A DNA stretch of 64,000 bases from Lingula anatina (Eukaryota > Animalia > Brachiopoda), in the NCBI GenBank assembly GCA_051362555.1, contig CM120645.1, positions 10,354,001-10,418,000 of the forward strand, in the 5' to 3' direction. This document shows positions 14,190 to 28,145 of this stretch, piece by piece (positions within the stretch are counted from its first letter, which is position 1; each line of letters opens with the position of its first letter). Below the pieces are notes generated by a model. That model worked only from the letters and a program-made list of their open reading frames with translations. It searched no databases and was not told the DNA's origin. A program made the position numbers and the translations under genes.

Positions 14190-14480
14190 TATACGCCTGT
14201 CGTTGGGTTATATTCTCCCCTACATAAAGTGTCACCTCTAACGCAATGCTTAAAGTGATACAGAAAATCATGTAACTTTTTCAAATTCTAAAGGGATTTT
14301 TTTACACACCAAATGATCGATTTTCCAACCAATGAATAAACTAACCGTAGTTTAAAAAAATAATTTATTTTGATGGGGAATAAAATTAAGTTGCTCATTG
14401 ATGGATACAGGCGAATTTCAATAGCAGTCATGGTAAAAGAGAGATTTAGAACTCAAAAACCGTCTATAGATCGTGATTAT
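14190..14480. repeat. Dispersed repeat (AAAGTGTCACCTCTAACGCAATG...ATACAGAAAATCATG)
   Basis: Also at ~31855-32130 and ~40390-40510. Confidence 0.6.
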
Positions 14481-15887
14481 TTCACCAGGGTTGGATAGTA
14501 CTTATCTTAATGATATGAATTAAAGGAGAGGTGTTCAAGAAGAAATGTATTTGGTTATATAACGACTTAACACGCATTGTATAAAAAACCGCGTGTGCTT
14601 TTAGACCCGCCTCTTGGTAGATGTACATCTATGGTTGAGTTATATGGGCTAGTGCTAGTTTTGTGCGTTGCAGTCTCTGTTAAGTTATTACAATCTCATG
14701 AAAGTCTCTGTTAATGAGTTCAATTCTGCATCATTCACATGTGACCATGAATTAATATGCTCAATGAAAAATTACAAAGATGAAACATTGGGCTCCGCAA
14801 CTCGAAAGCATCGCGTATTGCGAATAGCGATATCACATAGAGGCTACAATGTACTACATATATGGGACGAGTATGGGCGAGTTATGGAGTCGAGAAGTTT
14901 GCTGCGCGGTCGCAGGGGCCAGCTACGGTAGCGTAAGCTTTTCCTCCCTGCCTCTATAACAATAACCTCCCAGCCTCTATAACAAAAACAATAAGAGACA
15001 CATATATTTAGATCGATCTATTCCCCTGGGGAGTCTCACAAGTTGGTCAGCTTAATCGGCTTAAATGTCTGTCCCGCCTACTAAAAGCTGTAAGGGTGTA
15101 ATTAACTTTCGTGCGCGCTCGGCTCCCGGAAGCTGACAGCAATTTAGTGTGAATCCCTACGGAGTTAGGTCTATCCAGATGGATTGATCTAAATCTGTGG
15201 GAACCCAGTCTAAGACGGCACACACTTCATGTTAAAGCCACGCCGAGTAATCATTATAAAAACTGTATACTAACAACCAGTGGCACAACCTCCACATTTA
15301 GTAAAGACAAAGCTGCTTGTTTTGACATCAAACGTAAAGACTGGATGGGGGGAAAATACCATCGTGTCTTTACTGTACGTAACGCAAAACACGTATTTCT
15401 AATCGTATTTATTCTGTACTCACGCCCCATTAGAGAGAATAGATTGTGTTTATAAACTTACATAATCTAAAAATAGATAATGCGGGTAGCAAACACTAGC
15501 GGCGTGGACTCTAACAGACACCATGCGTACAGGGAAGGAGCGCATAAGTAAATTACTGATCGCGTGATCATCTGAGATGGGAGTCCGTCCTCGCATAACG
15601 CGATGGGGAGTAAATTGATGCACGCTATAATCAAATTTAATGGACACCTATTAACTTGGCAGTATTGCACCTTGTTCTAAGCTGTCCTATTTTTTTTTCT
15701 TTTTTCTTTGCTTCTTACAGTCGGGTGATTGGACCTAAGCTATTTTTAAATTCTAAATTAAAATGAATTTGATAGTTATTTTTTGGGTAGTTTCTATGAT
15801 TTTCTACCGCCAATCAGTATGTGGCCCAGACCAGTAAACACTCCCGATCTTCAAGGGAGTCTCCGAATTTGGGGACATATCTACCTA

Positions 15888-17926
15888 CACTGTAAAAACA
15901 GTGCTTAGCATTTAAATACATACAACATACGTTAAGCACCTATACGCATTCAGAAATATGTGTAAAAGCTAAGCACGTATAGCTTTTCAAGCGTTTTACA
16001 GAAGAAAATGCTAGACACATTGGCAGTGTTACACGTTTAGCTATGTGCTTAGCTTCACCGGTATATGGATCTATAATAAGTCTATCACAAGCTAAGCACA
16101 TTGGCTAAGCACTTCCCCTGCTAAGCGCGTGAGGCTGCTAAACACATGGAGCTGCTATAGGTGTGGAATTCCTAAACGTGTGGAGCTGCTGAACAATACC
16201 CTCTACCAAGGCCGCAGTTCTTGGGGACATTTTTCGCTGAGACGACATTAGATCAAATTGACTATCTATTTATCTAGAGACATATCTGTGAATATCTGTG
16301 AAAAATCAATCTGTCGCCCTGGTAGAGGGTAGCTGAACAACAAGTTTAGCTCTTCAAGCTTCTTTCAGAAGAAATAAAAAATGTTTAGCATTCTTAGAAA
16401 CGTCGCACTTTTAGCTATGTGGTTAGTTTCACCGGTCCCATAAGTTTATTACAAGGCTCAACAATTTGGCTTAACACTTCCCCTTGTAAACGTGTGGAGC
16501 TGTTGAAGGCGTGGAGCAGTCTGCTCGAACGCTTTGTGTCCTTCCTTGCAGTAACGCGTGCTTACTTAAAATAGGCCTATTAAAGATGCATACAAAGTCA
16601 ATTTTTTGCTCAGAAACCAACCAAATACCAGTATATAGTTTCGTAAAAGTATAATTAAGAAAATTGCCAGAAGGCATTAATTAATATTACCTGAAAAATG
16701 ATATTTGAATGGATTTTTCTGTTAGCTTACTATCCTGTATATACATGGGGCAGAAAAGTAGGTCACATAAGTAGGTTAAATTTCTGACCAAATTTTTAAA
16801 GAGCAGTCTAAAGCTCTTTTATGGCTGATCGAGTGATTTATTCAGTTTTTCCCTTTATTTGAGTCGTATAAGAATCTAGTAGAAGTGGTTTATATGTGTT
16901 ACTGGCAACCCACGCTCCACCGATGCTCGGTTCATATGTACCTTTAAGTAATAATCAAAATAACAAATAACGTTTTCACGACGTTATCAGATGGTTACAT
17001 GCTGGTTATGGTATAGAAGAACATTATGGTAACGTTATGGGTGTTTTAATGATGTATAGTAACGTTATAATTTGTAAAAAGATTCGAAGACAGTTTCTAC
17101 AAAATTTTATGATACATGTAATGTCATTTTGTGCAGTTTTATAAGCGTGTTTATAACATTCTGGAAAAACATTATATAATGTTTTGAAAACATTTTTTTA
17201 TATAAATATCCAAAACACGTCTTATGCTGTTTGAACTACAGTTAGCGGTTAATTCCAAAATGGGCTTGGGGTTAGTCGGCGACTAGAGAGGTGCGAATTG
17301 TAGAATATTCGGACTATCGGTACCGAAATAACCAGCATGTGATGAAAGCTTAAATAAAGTATTATAATGAATACCCCACCATCATCCTGATGTTCTATTG
17401 TTCATTACTTCCGGAAAAAAATAAATAGATATCAATACCGTAACGCATTTTATCAAAATATGGAGAAAGGTGTTTTAAAGTAAAAATGATAGTTGTTTCG
17501 TGCCTTTAGTGAACTAGTGAATTTTCCTAACCTGCTTTTGAGAAATACATTCCAATAAACTTCCTCGCAAGGTCAGCTAACACAAGGATGAACAAGTCCA
17601 GCTGTAAAGATGATAGTGGGAAGTCAGCGATGTTGACAGTTCACGGTACCCTGTTATAGAAAGAGATAACTATAGCAGTTAAAGGTGACCGGGAGCTCGT
17701 GTGTGTGTGCGTTCGCGCGAGCACGTGTGTGCGACCAAAACAGTTGAAACCCAAAAGTTAAACAAATACACCCTACATTTATAAGCCGTCAAACGTGTCA
17801 TACTGCTAAACACAAGCGGGTAACATGTTAAGGAGCTAAGCATGTTAGGAGCTAAACGCGTCGAAAAAGTTAGACAAAACATGCGCTTAGAAATGTGTTT
17901 AGGAGCTAAACACTGTTTTTACAGTA
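15888..17926. mobile_element. ~2 kb non-autonomous DNA transposon with CACTGTAAAAACAGTG termini and GCTAAAC-type subterminal repeats
   Basis: Left end CACTGTAAAAACAGTG, right end CACTGTTTTTACAGTA. Many GCTAAGCAC/GCTAAACAC/GTTTAGC repeats near both ends. A second partial copy lies at ~21493-22650. Confidence 0.7.
16197..16331. mobile_element. 135-bp MITE with 9-bp TSD (Mutator-like), nested in the 2 kb element
   Basis: TIR TACCCTCTACCA...TGGTAGAGGGTA, flanked on both sides by GCTGAACAA. The second copy of the host element has a single GCTGAACAA (~21649). Confidence 0.85.
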
Positions 17927-18114
17927 TATCTCCCAATTCAGTCTAAAATCTCCCCACATTTTTCTCTTTGTACTCGCGTTTAGACGGTCGGTGACTTCAT
18001 TCATGAAATTGCGCTGTTACATAATTGATTTACTGATAGGGGTAAAGATAGCAGTAAACAATAATCTTTAAAAAATAAATGAATAGAGATAAATAAATGA
18101 TAAAAAAAAAACTG

Positions 18115-18394
18115 GCACTAGTTTCTGATTGCCAGAATCGCTTTTAAAATACGAATCTAATTTCTAGTTGCCAGGTTTGTTTTAAAAAACGATACTAGTT
18201 TCTGTTTGCCAGAACAGTTATGAAAAACGTGACCAGTTTCTGGTTGCCGGGGCCATTTTTAAAAATCCAAACTAGAAACTAGACGCTCTGTAAAATTCAT
18301 GGTCTCAGTTTGTGAGTTGGACTTTTCCGGTGAGTATCAAAACACGGATAAGTAAGTTTTATATTGTCGATTTCAGAAACCCAGTTTCTACGGA

Positions 18395-18445
<51 letters not shown>

Positions 18446-18770
18446 CAATTATTATCAAAATTTTGCGTCAAATTTGGTCGAAAGCGGGTAAAATTCATGG
18501 TCTCAGATTCTGAGTTGGAAAGTTCCGGTAAGTATCATAACACGAATAATTTTTTTTGTCGATTGCAACAGTCCAGTTTGAGCAAAGTGTTTGGAAAATC
18601 GAATCACAATCTTCCTTACACCGTATGTTCAATTGACGCTTTGTGCGCGTTATGGAAAGTACCGAGCTTTCGGATATCATAGAAAAGAAAAAAATATGGT
18701 ATTTTAAACTTCGAAGTTCCGATTGATCAGTAAGGACACTGGATGTTGTTTAGTCAAAAATAAAAGGTTA
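18115..18770. repeat. Dispersed repeat with CTAGTTTCTGGTTGCCAG subrepeats
   Basis: Related blocks at ~26940-27530, ~32170-32930 and ~36545-37050. Confidence 0.6.
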
Positions 18771-19785
18771 GAATAATGATAAATACAAAAACGAACGAAT
18801 GATTTTGTTTATATATGCATTCAGTAATATTATTTTTTAATTAATTAGGCTTACATGTACGTTTGCAGATATTGATTTATACCTAAAATTCTTTGACATT
18901 TTAACTTCTATGGTAAAAATAACAAGTATGAATACAAAAGCCGAAGTTTTCAGTTTCACTTCGGTTAAAATATTCTTTGAATCAAGTTCTCAAAAAGGTG
19001 CCGCATTTAAATTTAAAATGCAATGTATATAACACATCGTCATAATGTGTTCCTGCTGCTTGCTATAATGTAGTCTACAAAGCATAAAAATGTGTTCGAT
19101 ATCATTGTTCTGAAGAAACGAGTCAATCCAGCCGTGGTTGCAAAGCTAAAAACACACTGAAAACTACCTTCATAACAAGACTCATCGTTCAACTACATTT
19201 TGACTGTCTGCTTACATGTTATGAGCCTAAAAGGCATCAAAATGTGTTCCACGCCCTTTTTCTGGAGAAACAGACTAGTGGAACTGTAGGTCAACATTTA
19301 TACATGTATGCACCGCACACTACAATTTTAAAATTACCGCCACGTCTCAAACAATTTCAATGGTTACACATAAAGCACGGGTTTGTTTTTAAACTTTTAA
19401 TATATGAACATGCTCCTTTTACAACTTAGCCCACCATATTTATGCGATCTTTTATCAACATAAGACCCCCCAATTAATCCCTTCCGCCCATTTACTCTTA
19501 ACACCGTGTAAGGCTCGACTTGTCACATATGGTAACAATTCATTTTTTGGGGATGCACCTAGGGTATGGAATTTACTGTCACTTTTACTATGCAAGATGG
19601 ATTATCGGGCTTGTTTTATAGGGATCTTAAGATACACCAATATCTAATTAACAAATATTACAAATGGAATTTTCTTAAATGACTTATCAAAGTGAGTGAC
19701 AAAGTAAGGTTTAATTTCTACATTATTTGCTTAATTATTTATCATTTTCTTTTAGTTATCATTTTTTTCTCGTTGTATTGTAAGT

Positions 19786-21132
19786 CTACTTCTTTTTCTT
19801 TTTATACAAATACTCTAAAAATCCCAGTAATATACAAAAAAATACTGATGCTGACACTATATAGATAATTTGATTCACTGTCAGGGAATTAGAGTTGGTG
19901 CTGGGAATCGTGGTTGGGTCAGTGAAGTTGCTCGAGATATTCTGGCAGCACCCACACCTTGGTAAATCACCCAGCTCACATCCCAGGGGGTCGACGATAA
20001 TTTCCTCAGTGGTTTGGTTAGCCACTACTAAGGCAGTCTTGTCAATAGTATCCTGGCAATCATAGACGTCAACTTGCATCGTAGCCCTCTCGTGGTCAGT
20101 CATGACGACAGACACTTTGTAACCACATTCTTGACGCGTGTCATACTGAATGGTGTCGTCTGCTATCAAGGGGTAAAAGTCAGCTTCGGTCTTCATACCG
20201 TTGTGAAGGTTTACTTTGACATCCGAGTACGTGGTTTCATACGTAAGTATTCTGGCGTTGTAGGTGTTGGGGGGTACCACGTGGAACAATATGGTTACAT
20301 AGAATTCCGTTCCTTCGATATTGTATACAAATGATCCTTCAGGTTCCCCACTACTTCCGACTTGATCAAACTCGAGGATTGTGGCTTGCCCTGGGCCGAT
20401 TCTTTTCGGTGGAATTACTTTCATATTCGTTGCCTTGGTATACAATACCGGATTCACCAAGGCTTTTGTTTCCAGGAAGTTACGTATGCTTACAATACAA
20501 GTGCGAGTAATGGCCTCCTGAAATAGTGAAAATTGCAAAATAATGTTCAGTTTTTGGGTGTTGTAAAAATGTAATAATTGATAAATGAAGACAGACGGAT
20601 CCAGGAATTCTTTTGATGATATATATAAAAACACACAAACACACACACACACACACACAGAAAGAGAGATTTAAAATAAGAGACAGAAGATATACATGTA
20701 CTTGCGATTCAAAAGAATTTGCAAAACCGAATAACTCATACCTTTCAACTTCTGTAGGTCTGAATCCCTCTCTCTCATCATTAGTTTATGTACGTTTGTC
20801 TGTGAGAGAGAGAGTGAGAGAGAGAGAGAGAGATACTGTCTAGAGTCAAACAATGGACTTACGGGTAAATCATCCAGTATGGTGTTGAAAAAATCCCCTA
20901 TTAACTCGCCAACAGAAATGATCGCTCCGAGAACTACATCATTCCTTTTGACACGTACTGCTATCTCAGCATCGTCTAAAAATGGGCTGTCCCCCAAATC
21001 TGCCCCTCTTAGAACGCGGTCAGAAGAATCTTTGTCCACCGGGTCATCTGGCGAAATGTGGTCAGCAGGGGCTGCACCCAGCAGGGCAAAAAGCAGAAAG
21101 AAAATGACCGTAGGCATTAACTTGAAATCCAT
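19786..21132 (-). CDS. Actinoporin-like protein copy 4 (2 exons, ~333 aa; C-terminal TM helix + YKKKKK tail)
   Basis: Exon1 21132-20863 (MDFKLMPTV...RVKR...FNTILDDLP|GTAAGT), exon2 20517-19786 (TTTCAG|EAITRTCIV...). Ends IIYIVSASVFFCILLGFLEYLYKKKKK. Confidence 0.85.
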
Positions 21133-21492
21133 ACTGCAATGTATGTCTAAGCCACACCTTACAATCGGTTTGTCAAAGTTACAGTGCACAACTTGCCTGA
21201 ATCACCTGAACGGGTGACATACCATGGGGCTGTTATCAGTGGCGGTGATATCAAAGTATCCAATTCAGAAATAGGGGTTCAGGTAGAAAACGCACGAGTT
21301 TTTGTTGTACACTGTTGCTCAAAATGGCTGTCACACACTCAATAGTTTTTTTGAAAACACCATCGGTTTTTAAAATTATATTTATGTAGATATTTTGGAT
21401 TCAGTCCCCACAGCAATCAATGACCATTTGGTACTACCTAGGTCAAATGAAGAAAAAAATATTAAATCCAACCAAGGAGTTAGGCCCCTACA

Positions 21493-22650
21493 ACGTTTAG
21501 CTATGTGTTTAGCTTCACTGGTATATGATTCTATAATGCGTTCATTAGAAAGCTAAACACATTGGCTAAACACTTCCTTTGCTAATCGCGTGGAGCTGCT
21601 AAACATATGAAGCTGCAAAATGTGTGGAACTCCTAAACGCGTGGAGCTGCTGAACAACATGTTTAACTTTTTAAGCTTCTCACAGATGAAAATGCTTAAT
21701 ATGTTAAGCAGTGTTGCACGTTTAGCTGTGTTTAGCTTCACAGGTTTATGATCCCATATCATAACAGCATTATTTCAAGGCTTAACACTTTGTCTAATCA
21801 CTTCCCCTTCTAAACGTGTGGATAACTCCATGCAAAACAACGTGCCAGCTAAAAAAATCTTGTGGTAACGTTATAATGAATGTACAAAGATTTGAAGAAA
21901 GCTTTGTGATAACGTTATCTTGTGGAGTTTTACTAGCGTTTATAGAACATACTAGAAAAACATCATAATAACGTTTTCAAAACCTTTTTATAACTATCAC
22001 CCCAAAAAAATTCTGACGCTGTTTGAACTAAATTTGTTAACTCCAAATTGTGCTTAGGGTTAATCGGCAACTAGAGCGGTCAGAATGGTAGAATCTTCGG
22101 ACTATCGGTACGTACCCAAAATAACCGACGTGTGATGGAAGCTTAAATAAACTATTATACTGAATAACCCACCACCATCCTGATGTTCTAATGTTCGTTT
22201 CTCCCGGAAAGATTAAATAGTCATCAATACCCTAATGGACTTGATCAAAAGATGAGGAAGGTGCTTTAAAGTAACAGTGATAGTTGTTTGGTGTCTATAG
22301 TGAGCTCATGAATTGCCCCAACCTGATTTTCAGAAATACATTCTCATAAACTTGCTCGCAAGGTCAGCTAATACAAGGATGATAATAAGCCCAGCTGTAA
22401 ATGTGATTGAGTAAGGTTAAAGATGTTGATAGTTAACAGTCCTCTAATCCTGTGAAGATGACCGTCACTTATATATACAAACCCTACATATATTTAGCCA
22501 TTAAACGCATCAAACTGCTAAACACATTAGGCTAAACGCGTGTAACATGCTTAGAAGCTTAACGTGCTCAGCAACTGAACGCTTTGACAGAATGAGACAA
22601 AGACAGGCGTTTAGAAATGTGTTAAGCAGCTGAACACTGTTTTAACAGTC
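21493..22650. mobile_element. Partial second copy of the CACTG-terminated element
   Basis: Colinear similarity with ~16033-17926; ends GCTGAACACTGTTTTAACAGT. Confidence 0.65.
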
Positions 22651-23369
22651 TAGCTGAAGCCATTCCATGACCGACGCACATTGGTCCTAAGGAACAAATA
22701 GCTGCATTCAGTAAAATTCAGTAAAATGTGCCTCAAGAAATCGGATATTGGTAGACGGCCTGATTATTTGAATACTCCATAGGAGAGCTGCCAGAAATGG
22801 TGTAGTTACACCCGCCAGTGATACATGTATGAATAACTTTATACTAGATTGAGAAATGTGATTTAAATTTGAAAATTTATTGCAACTTTCCTTTGAAAGT
22901 AGAATTAAAAGCTAGTTTGTTTTAATAGAGTCTGTAATACGAAAAGCCTCCTTACATGGATCATATTGAAAACCCGATTTAATCCTCAGGAGGTTTGCGA
23001 TTTACCCGCTCTTTTTGTATTATTTTTATGTCAAGTGATTAAACATTTTGTACCTTGTATCTGCAATAGTACAACTGTACACTTGCCATTTGTAATAAAA
23101 TGCATAAATTTCATTTGGTGTGACAACTTATATGAGCAACAGTGTATGTATGACGAATAATTCACCTCTACCTCCTAGATTCGACGGGTCATCATTGAGT
23201 ATTTAGTAAGTTCATAGAGGCCCGTTCCCCGTTTTTGTGCACATATGACCCCTAATTATTATCTATCATAATGTACACACACTGGTATGGGAATACGCCT
23301 TTTAGAAGCATAGGTCATAAGATAAAAGTATTTGAAGTGATTTGGATGAAAATTTAAACTGTGAACGTA

Positions 23370-23757
23370 AACAGGGGCGTATCCAAGCAAGTTGAAAATT
23401 AAACTATCACAGTTACCGATTGACTTGACAAACAGAATAGAAAAATGGTTTGGTTGAAGTCTTGTGAAAGTTGGTGCTAATTATACAATGTAACCATCGT
23501 TATGAGCAAAACAGGATGTCGGTTGGAAATGTAGCGAGCAAGGGGTGTCGATTTCTTGCAATATCATCGGCCGTTATGAGAAAGAGAAAGTGTGTGTGTG
23601 TGTGTGTGTGTGTGAGCAGAAGCGGATTCAGAGATATTTTCTGACAGTATTCCATTTTTGATGGTCTTCCAACAGAAAAAATTAGATACCCGTCAATGTA
23701 AACATTAAAATCTGACCGTCTTCCAGAAGACCGAGAAGACGGTCTCAATCCGCCCCT

Positions 23758-23831
<74 letters not shown>

Positions 23832-24217
23832 AATCAGTCTGTCGGTTTACCAATCATTTAGACGGATTTATACAAATACAACATCGATCATTAGGTACAT
23901 TATGTGGAACTTTTTATGACATCTAATGGAATATTATATATGTACAAAACAGGTTGGTCGTGACTGTACCGTCGTATATTTGAAAACAAAACTACTGGCT
24001 CACGTATTGCTATGTAACAGTGGCCCGTTACAAAGTTTCTAGCTACTACATGTAGTCACGTAGTCCCATGCGTAATCAAAAAGAAAAAAAGTGATCCATG
24101 TTCTTTGAAAATATTTACTTTTCATAATGTGAACTGATGATTCATTGGATGTTTCACTATGAAATACTAGTAAATGATCATATCAAGTTCTACGTATAAT
24201 CATACTGGGTGCATAGA

Positions 24218-24252
<35 letters not shown>

Positions 24253-24723
24253 AGTTTAAGTCCAGCAATTTTGAAAATGATGGACCTTTGAAGGGTTCAA
24301 CAAATTTTTCATGTTTTGTGGAGGGGATAGGGGTTGACCCATTGTATGAGTACACGACACTTAATGGCAGCTAAAGTAAATTAAGGGTGAACGCGTGGGG
24401 TATGCGGATAGATGTTGGTAGCTTAACAATAAAAGGGATGTTTTTGCTCTGATGGCAGGACCAACTAACATATTGGTCTTAGAGAAGAGATATTCAGTGA
24501 TTTGGATAAAAATTAACAGTAGTAGTAAACAGGGGCGGATCCAAGCAAGTTAATTTTTAAACTAACATAAATAATCTTGACAAACATGGCAAAAATTGTA
24601 TGGGTGAAGTCTTCCGAAAGCTGATGCCATTTATGCAATAATTGTCATCGTTTTGAGCACAAAAATGTCGGTTGGAAATGTAACGATCCAAGAGTGTCGA
24701 TTATCGGCATTGTGATTAGCTGT

Positions 24724-24792
<69 letters not shown>

Positions 24793-25170
24793 GAGAGAGT
24801 CAATCACTGTGTTGGTTTACCAATCGTTTCGAAGGATATATATGAAGACAGCATCGAATATCACGTGCATTTGTGTTGTACTTTTAATAAAATCTTAGCA
24901 TTTCACATATCACATGAAGCAAGTTCGTTGACCCGTTGGACCTGTACCGTCGTAATCTCCTTCAGGACCACTGATTGATTTTTCACTAGATATTCACAGA
25001 TATGTTCATTTCTGGTTAAACGGCGGGTCTTTTCTGCACTGTGACAATAGTGCACATAATAAAATCTGCACCCATGGATGATATCCATGTTATTGGAAAA
25101 TTATTCTTTTTGAAATGTGATGATAAATGAAAAATATGATCACATCAAGTTCTATTTACAATCATGCTGG
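23370..25170. repeat. Diverged direct duplication (~23370-24210 vs ~24527-25170) containing (GT)n(GA)n microsatellites
   Basis: Both units start AAACAGGGGCG.ATCCAAGCAAGTT and share ATGTCGGTTGGAAATGTA, GGTTTACCAATC and ATCAAGTTCTA blocks. Confidence 0.7.
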
Positions 25171-26449
25171 GTGGCCCTAGGATGATTATACATTGAACTT
25201 TCCTTTTTTTAATCTGCCGCTTATATCTTGTCATGACTGATCTCCTATTGGTGAAGAGCGCCACAGATAATCATTGTTCACACGCTTTGGGAGATGGAAC
25301 AATTTGCCCTCTTGCGACGCAAGATTAAACTAAGCTTATAGATATATTTAGTCTATAAACAACCGTTTCACCCTCTATATCCTGTCATTTGAAACAGATG
25401 GATTCGATGTAGATGTATCAGCATCTGAATAAATTTTATAAGTTTCTTCATGCTTCGTAAAAATATCACTAATACTAGGGTGTAGTAATTGGATTAGGAA
25501 TGTTACAATATCTCAATATGTTTTACACTAGTAAAAATGTGTCGCACCAAACACAATACATGTATGTAAAGTGATGCAGAACATCACATCGAGACTTACA
25601 GTGTACCTCCACAAATGAATGGGAAGCGGAGTCTCTATCATGAGGGACGTACTCTCTGTCACGTTACACAGCGGTTGACAGGGGACGATGATTATGATTA
25701 TTTTTTTGAGGTGTTGATTCAGGCCATTTAAATGCCATTTTATGTTTTTTAAAAATATTGCAATTGTCTCCAGATAAGTTTTACAAGAAGCAACTCATGC
25801 GCTCAGAATGCGTTTTTAATCCCATTTTTTGTCACTTTAAGGTGGGGCTGTAGGTTGGAGATTTTAACTGAAAATAAAGGTTTACAGGTGGTAGTCTACA
25901 TGTAGCTTTTGGAAAAAAACACCAACATGGTTGCTGTCCCATAGTTTGTGAAACTGAGGGTAGAAAATTCATCCACCATGTTGTGGCTGGCACAAATTGT
26001 TTGTTCTTATATTTATTAATGCATCTTCATATATGATAATGTAAGTACAAAATGTACTAAAATGTATATCATTTTAAATCGTCTACCTAAATATCTGTGC
26101 ACTAACATGGTATGACTGTCGTACTTAACGGGTATACCCACTTTACTATAACACCCATCACATATAACCCTTTTCGTTGTACAAGTTATTTTTAACATTT
26201 GAATTTTTCTCAGCCGTTTATGTTATCTACACTTAACGATTTCCTGAAAGGCCTAATTAAAATGAAAGTCTATTCCGCAACATAATGCATATTGCAATGA
26301 AGAGTTTGTGCTTTTATGTATGATTCCCTCCTGTTATTGGTTATCATTTTTTATGAAACAGATCTTCATGATGAAATAAATAAATATAGACCAATAAACG
26401 ATGAGAAAAAAACCTTTGGCGGTTTGTGTTGTTTAATTATCATCTTTTT

Positions 26450-26835
26450 AATGCAATAAGATACGACAACAATGATAGTAGGTAAGAAGTGCTTGTGATG
26501 ATTATATTGGCACGCATGGACATTGTTCCTAGCCACTTAAAGGTATTACCTTGTCGCCAAAACAAACAAGTTTCTTTATGCATTGTCAGTGAGAAGCGAC
26601 AACAATGATTATATTCAAGTAGGTCTTGTGCTGATTATGATTATAGGGGCACGCGTACTGTAGACATTGTCCCTAGACACTTAAGGTTTTACCTTGTCGC
26701 CAGAACAAACAAATTTTAATGCACATGCAGTCAGTAAGATACGACAACAATAATAATATAATGTGCTGATTAGAGTGACACACACAGGCACTGTTCTTAA
26801 CCACTTATATGTATTATCCTGTCGCCGCAGCTAAC
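26450..26835. repeat. Degenerate ~135-bp tandem repeat, about 3 units
   Basis: Recurring CGACAACAAT...CATTGT.CCTAG.CACTTA...TACCTTGTCGCC. Confidence 0.7.
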
Positions 26836-28145
26836 AATAATGATCTTCTTACTGATGTCCTGTTGATGCACCAGCCTACGCCAATTTTATTGCAGTCGCT
26901 TGCAAACTTACGGCGACATGTTTTCGAATGCCTGTGACCGGTTGCCAGAATGAATATGAAAAACGACACTAACTTCTGGTTGCCGGTGTAACGTACAGCA
27001 ATGGAAGTTCACTAGGAACCTTAGTCCGCTTCCATTACTTTGTACAGGACACATTCTTCCCATACACCAACCACAATACCCCAACTAACCCTAACCTGTA
27101 CTAATCATATGGGAGCCCGGACTTCCGGTGAGTTTCAAAACACGGATAAGTTTTACATCCCGGTTTCTACAGAAATGAGTAGAAATGATGATGAAAAAAT
27201 ACAATCTTTTGCGTTACAATTATACTCTGATTCAAATTTGGTCGAAAGCGGGCAAAATTCATGGTCTCAGATTGTGAGTTGGGCACTCCCGGTGAGTATC
27301 AAAACGCGGATTAATCTTAATTTTTTTTACACATTTGAGCAGTGTCGGGAAACTCACATCAAGATCCGCCTAATACATCCGTTTAGCGTTATGGAGATTA
27401 CCGAGCTTTTGGAGATCATAGAAAAGATTTTTTTTTTTCAACTTCGAAGCTCCGATAAATCAGTATGGAGATTGGAAGTAGGTCAACCGAAAAAACAAAC
27501 CGCGTTGTAAAAAAAGATGAAAAATGACAAATACAAAAGCTAACAAATGGTTAAAGTTTGAATTTAGTCTTATTTTTTTTCAAATGAGATAGGCTTGTGT
27601 TTGCAGATATTAATTTATACCTTAAATTCTATGACATAAGAACTTAAATAATCAAAATAAAAAATGTGAGGGAAAAAAGTAGATTTTCATTTTCTTTTCG
27701 GTTAAAATGATCTTTGAAACAATTTCTTATAAATACCATATTCCGAAAATTAAAATGTACATCCAAGCGTTCCAATATTCAAAATAATTGCAATACCAGT
27801 GGTATAAAAAGCAAAAACAATGTGTTCCATGCCATTGTAATGGAGAAACCAGTCTATTCAGCTATGAGAATAAAGCTAAAAGCACACCGCAATTTAAATA
27901 ATTACCTTCGTAACATATCGCATCATTGAATTTTGTTGTGACTGTTTGATTTAGCCTCAAAAGCATAAAAATCTGTCCCAAACCATTGTTCTGGAGAAAC
28001 AAAATCGATTCAACTTAAGGTCTATGTAGAATGCATACTGCAATTTGAAAATAACCTTCAAAGAAAAAAATTATATTAAACCAGTTTGCATTTTATTTAT
28101 AATTTGAAAAATAAACCTGGCTCTATCAAATTAAAGGCCAACATC

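Noticed and set aside
19786-20658. N-terminal extensions of exon-2 ORFs (also 7127-7189) as true starts
   Set aside because: They are intron sequence upstream of a conserved acceptor at the same position in all copies.
26450-26835. Repeat-spacer-like periodicity suggesting CRISPR
   Set aside because: Whole units are homologous with no unique spacers, no cas genes, and the context is eukaryotic.
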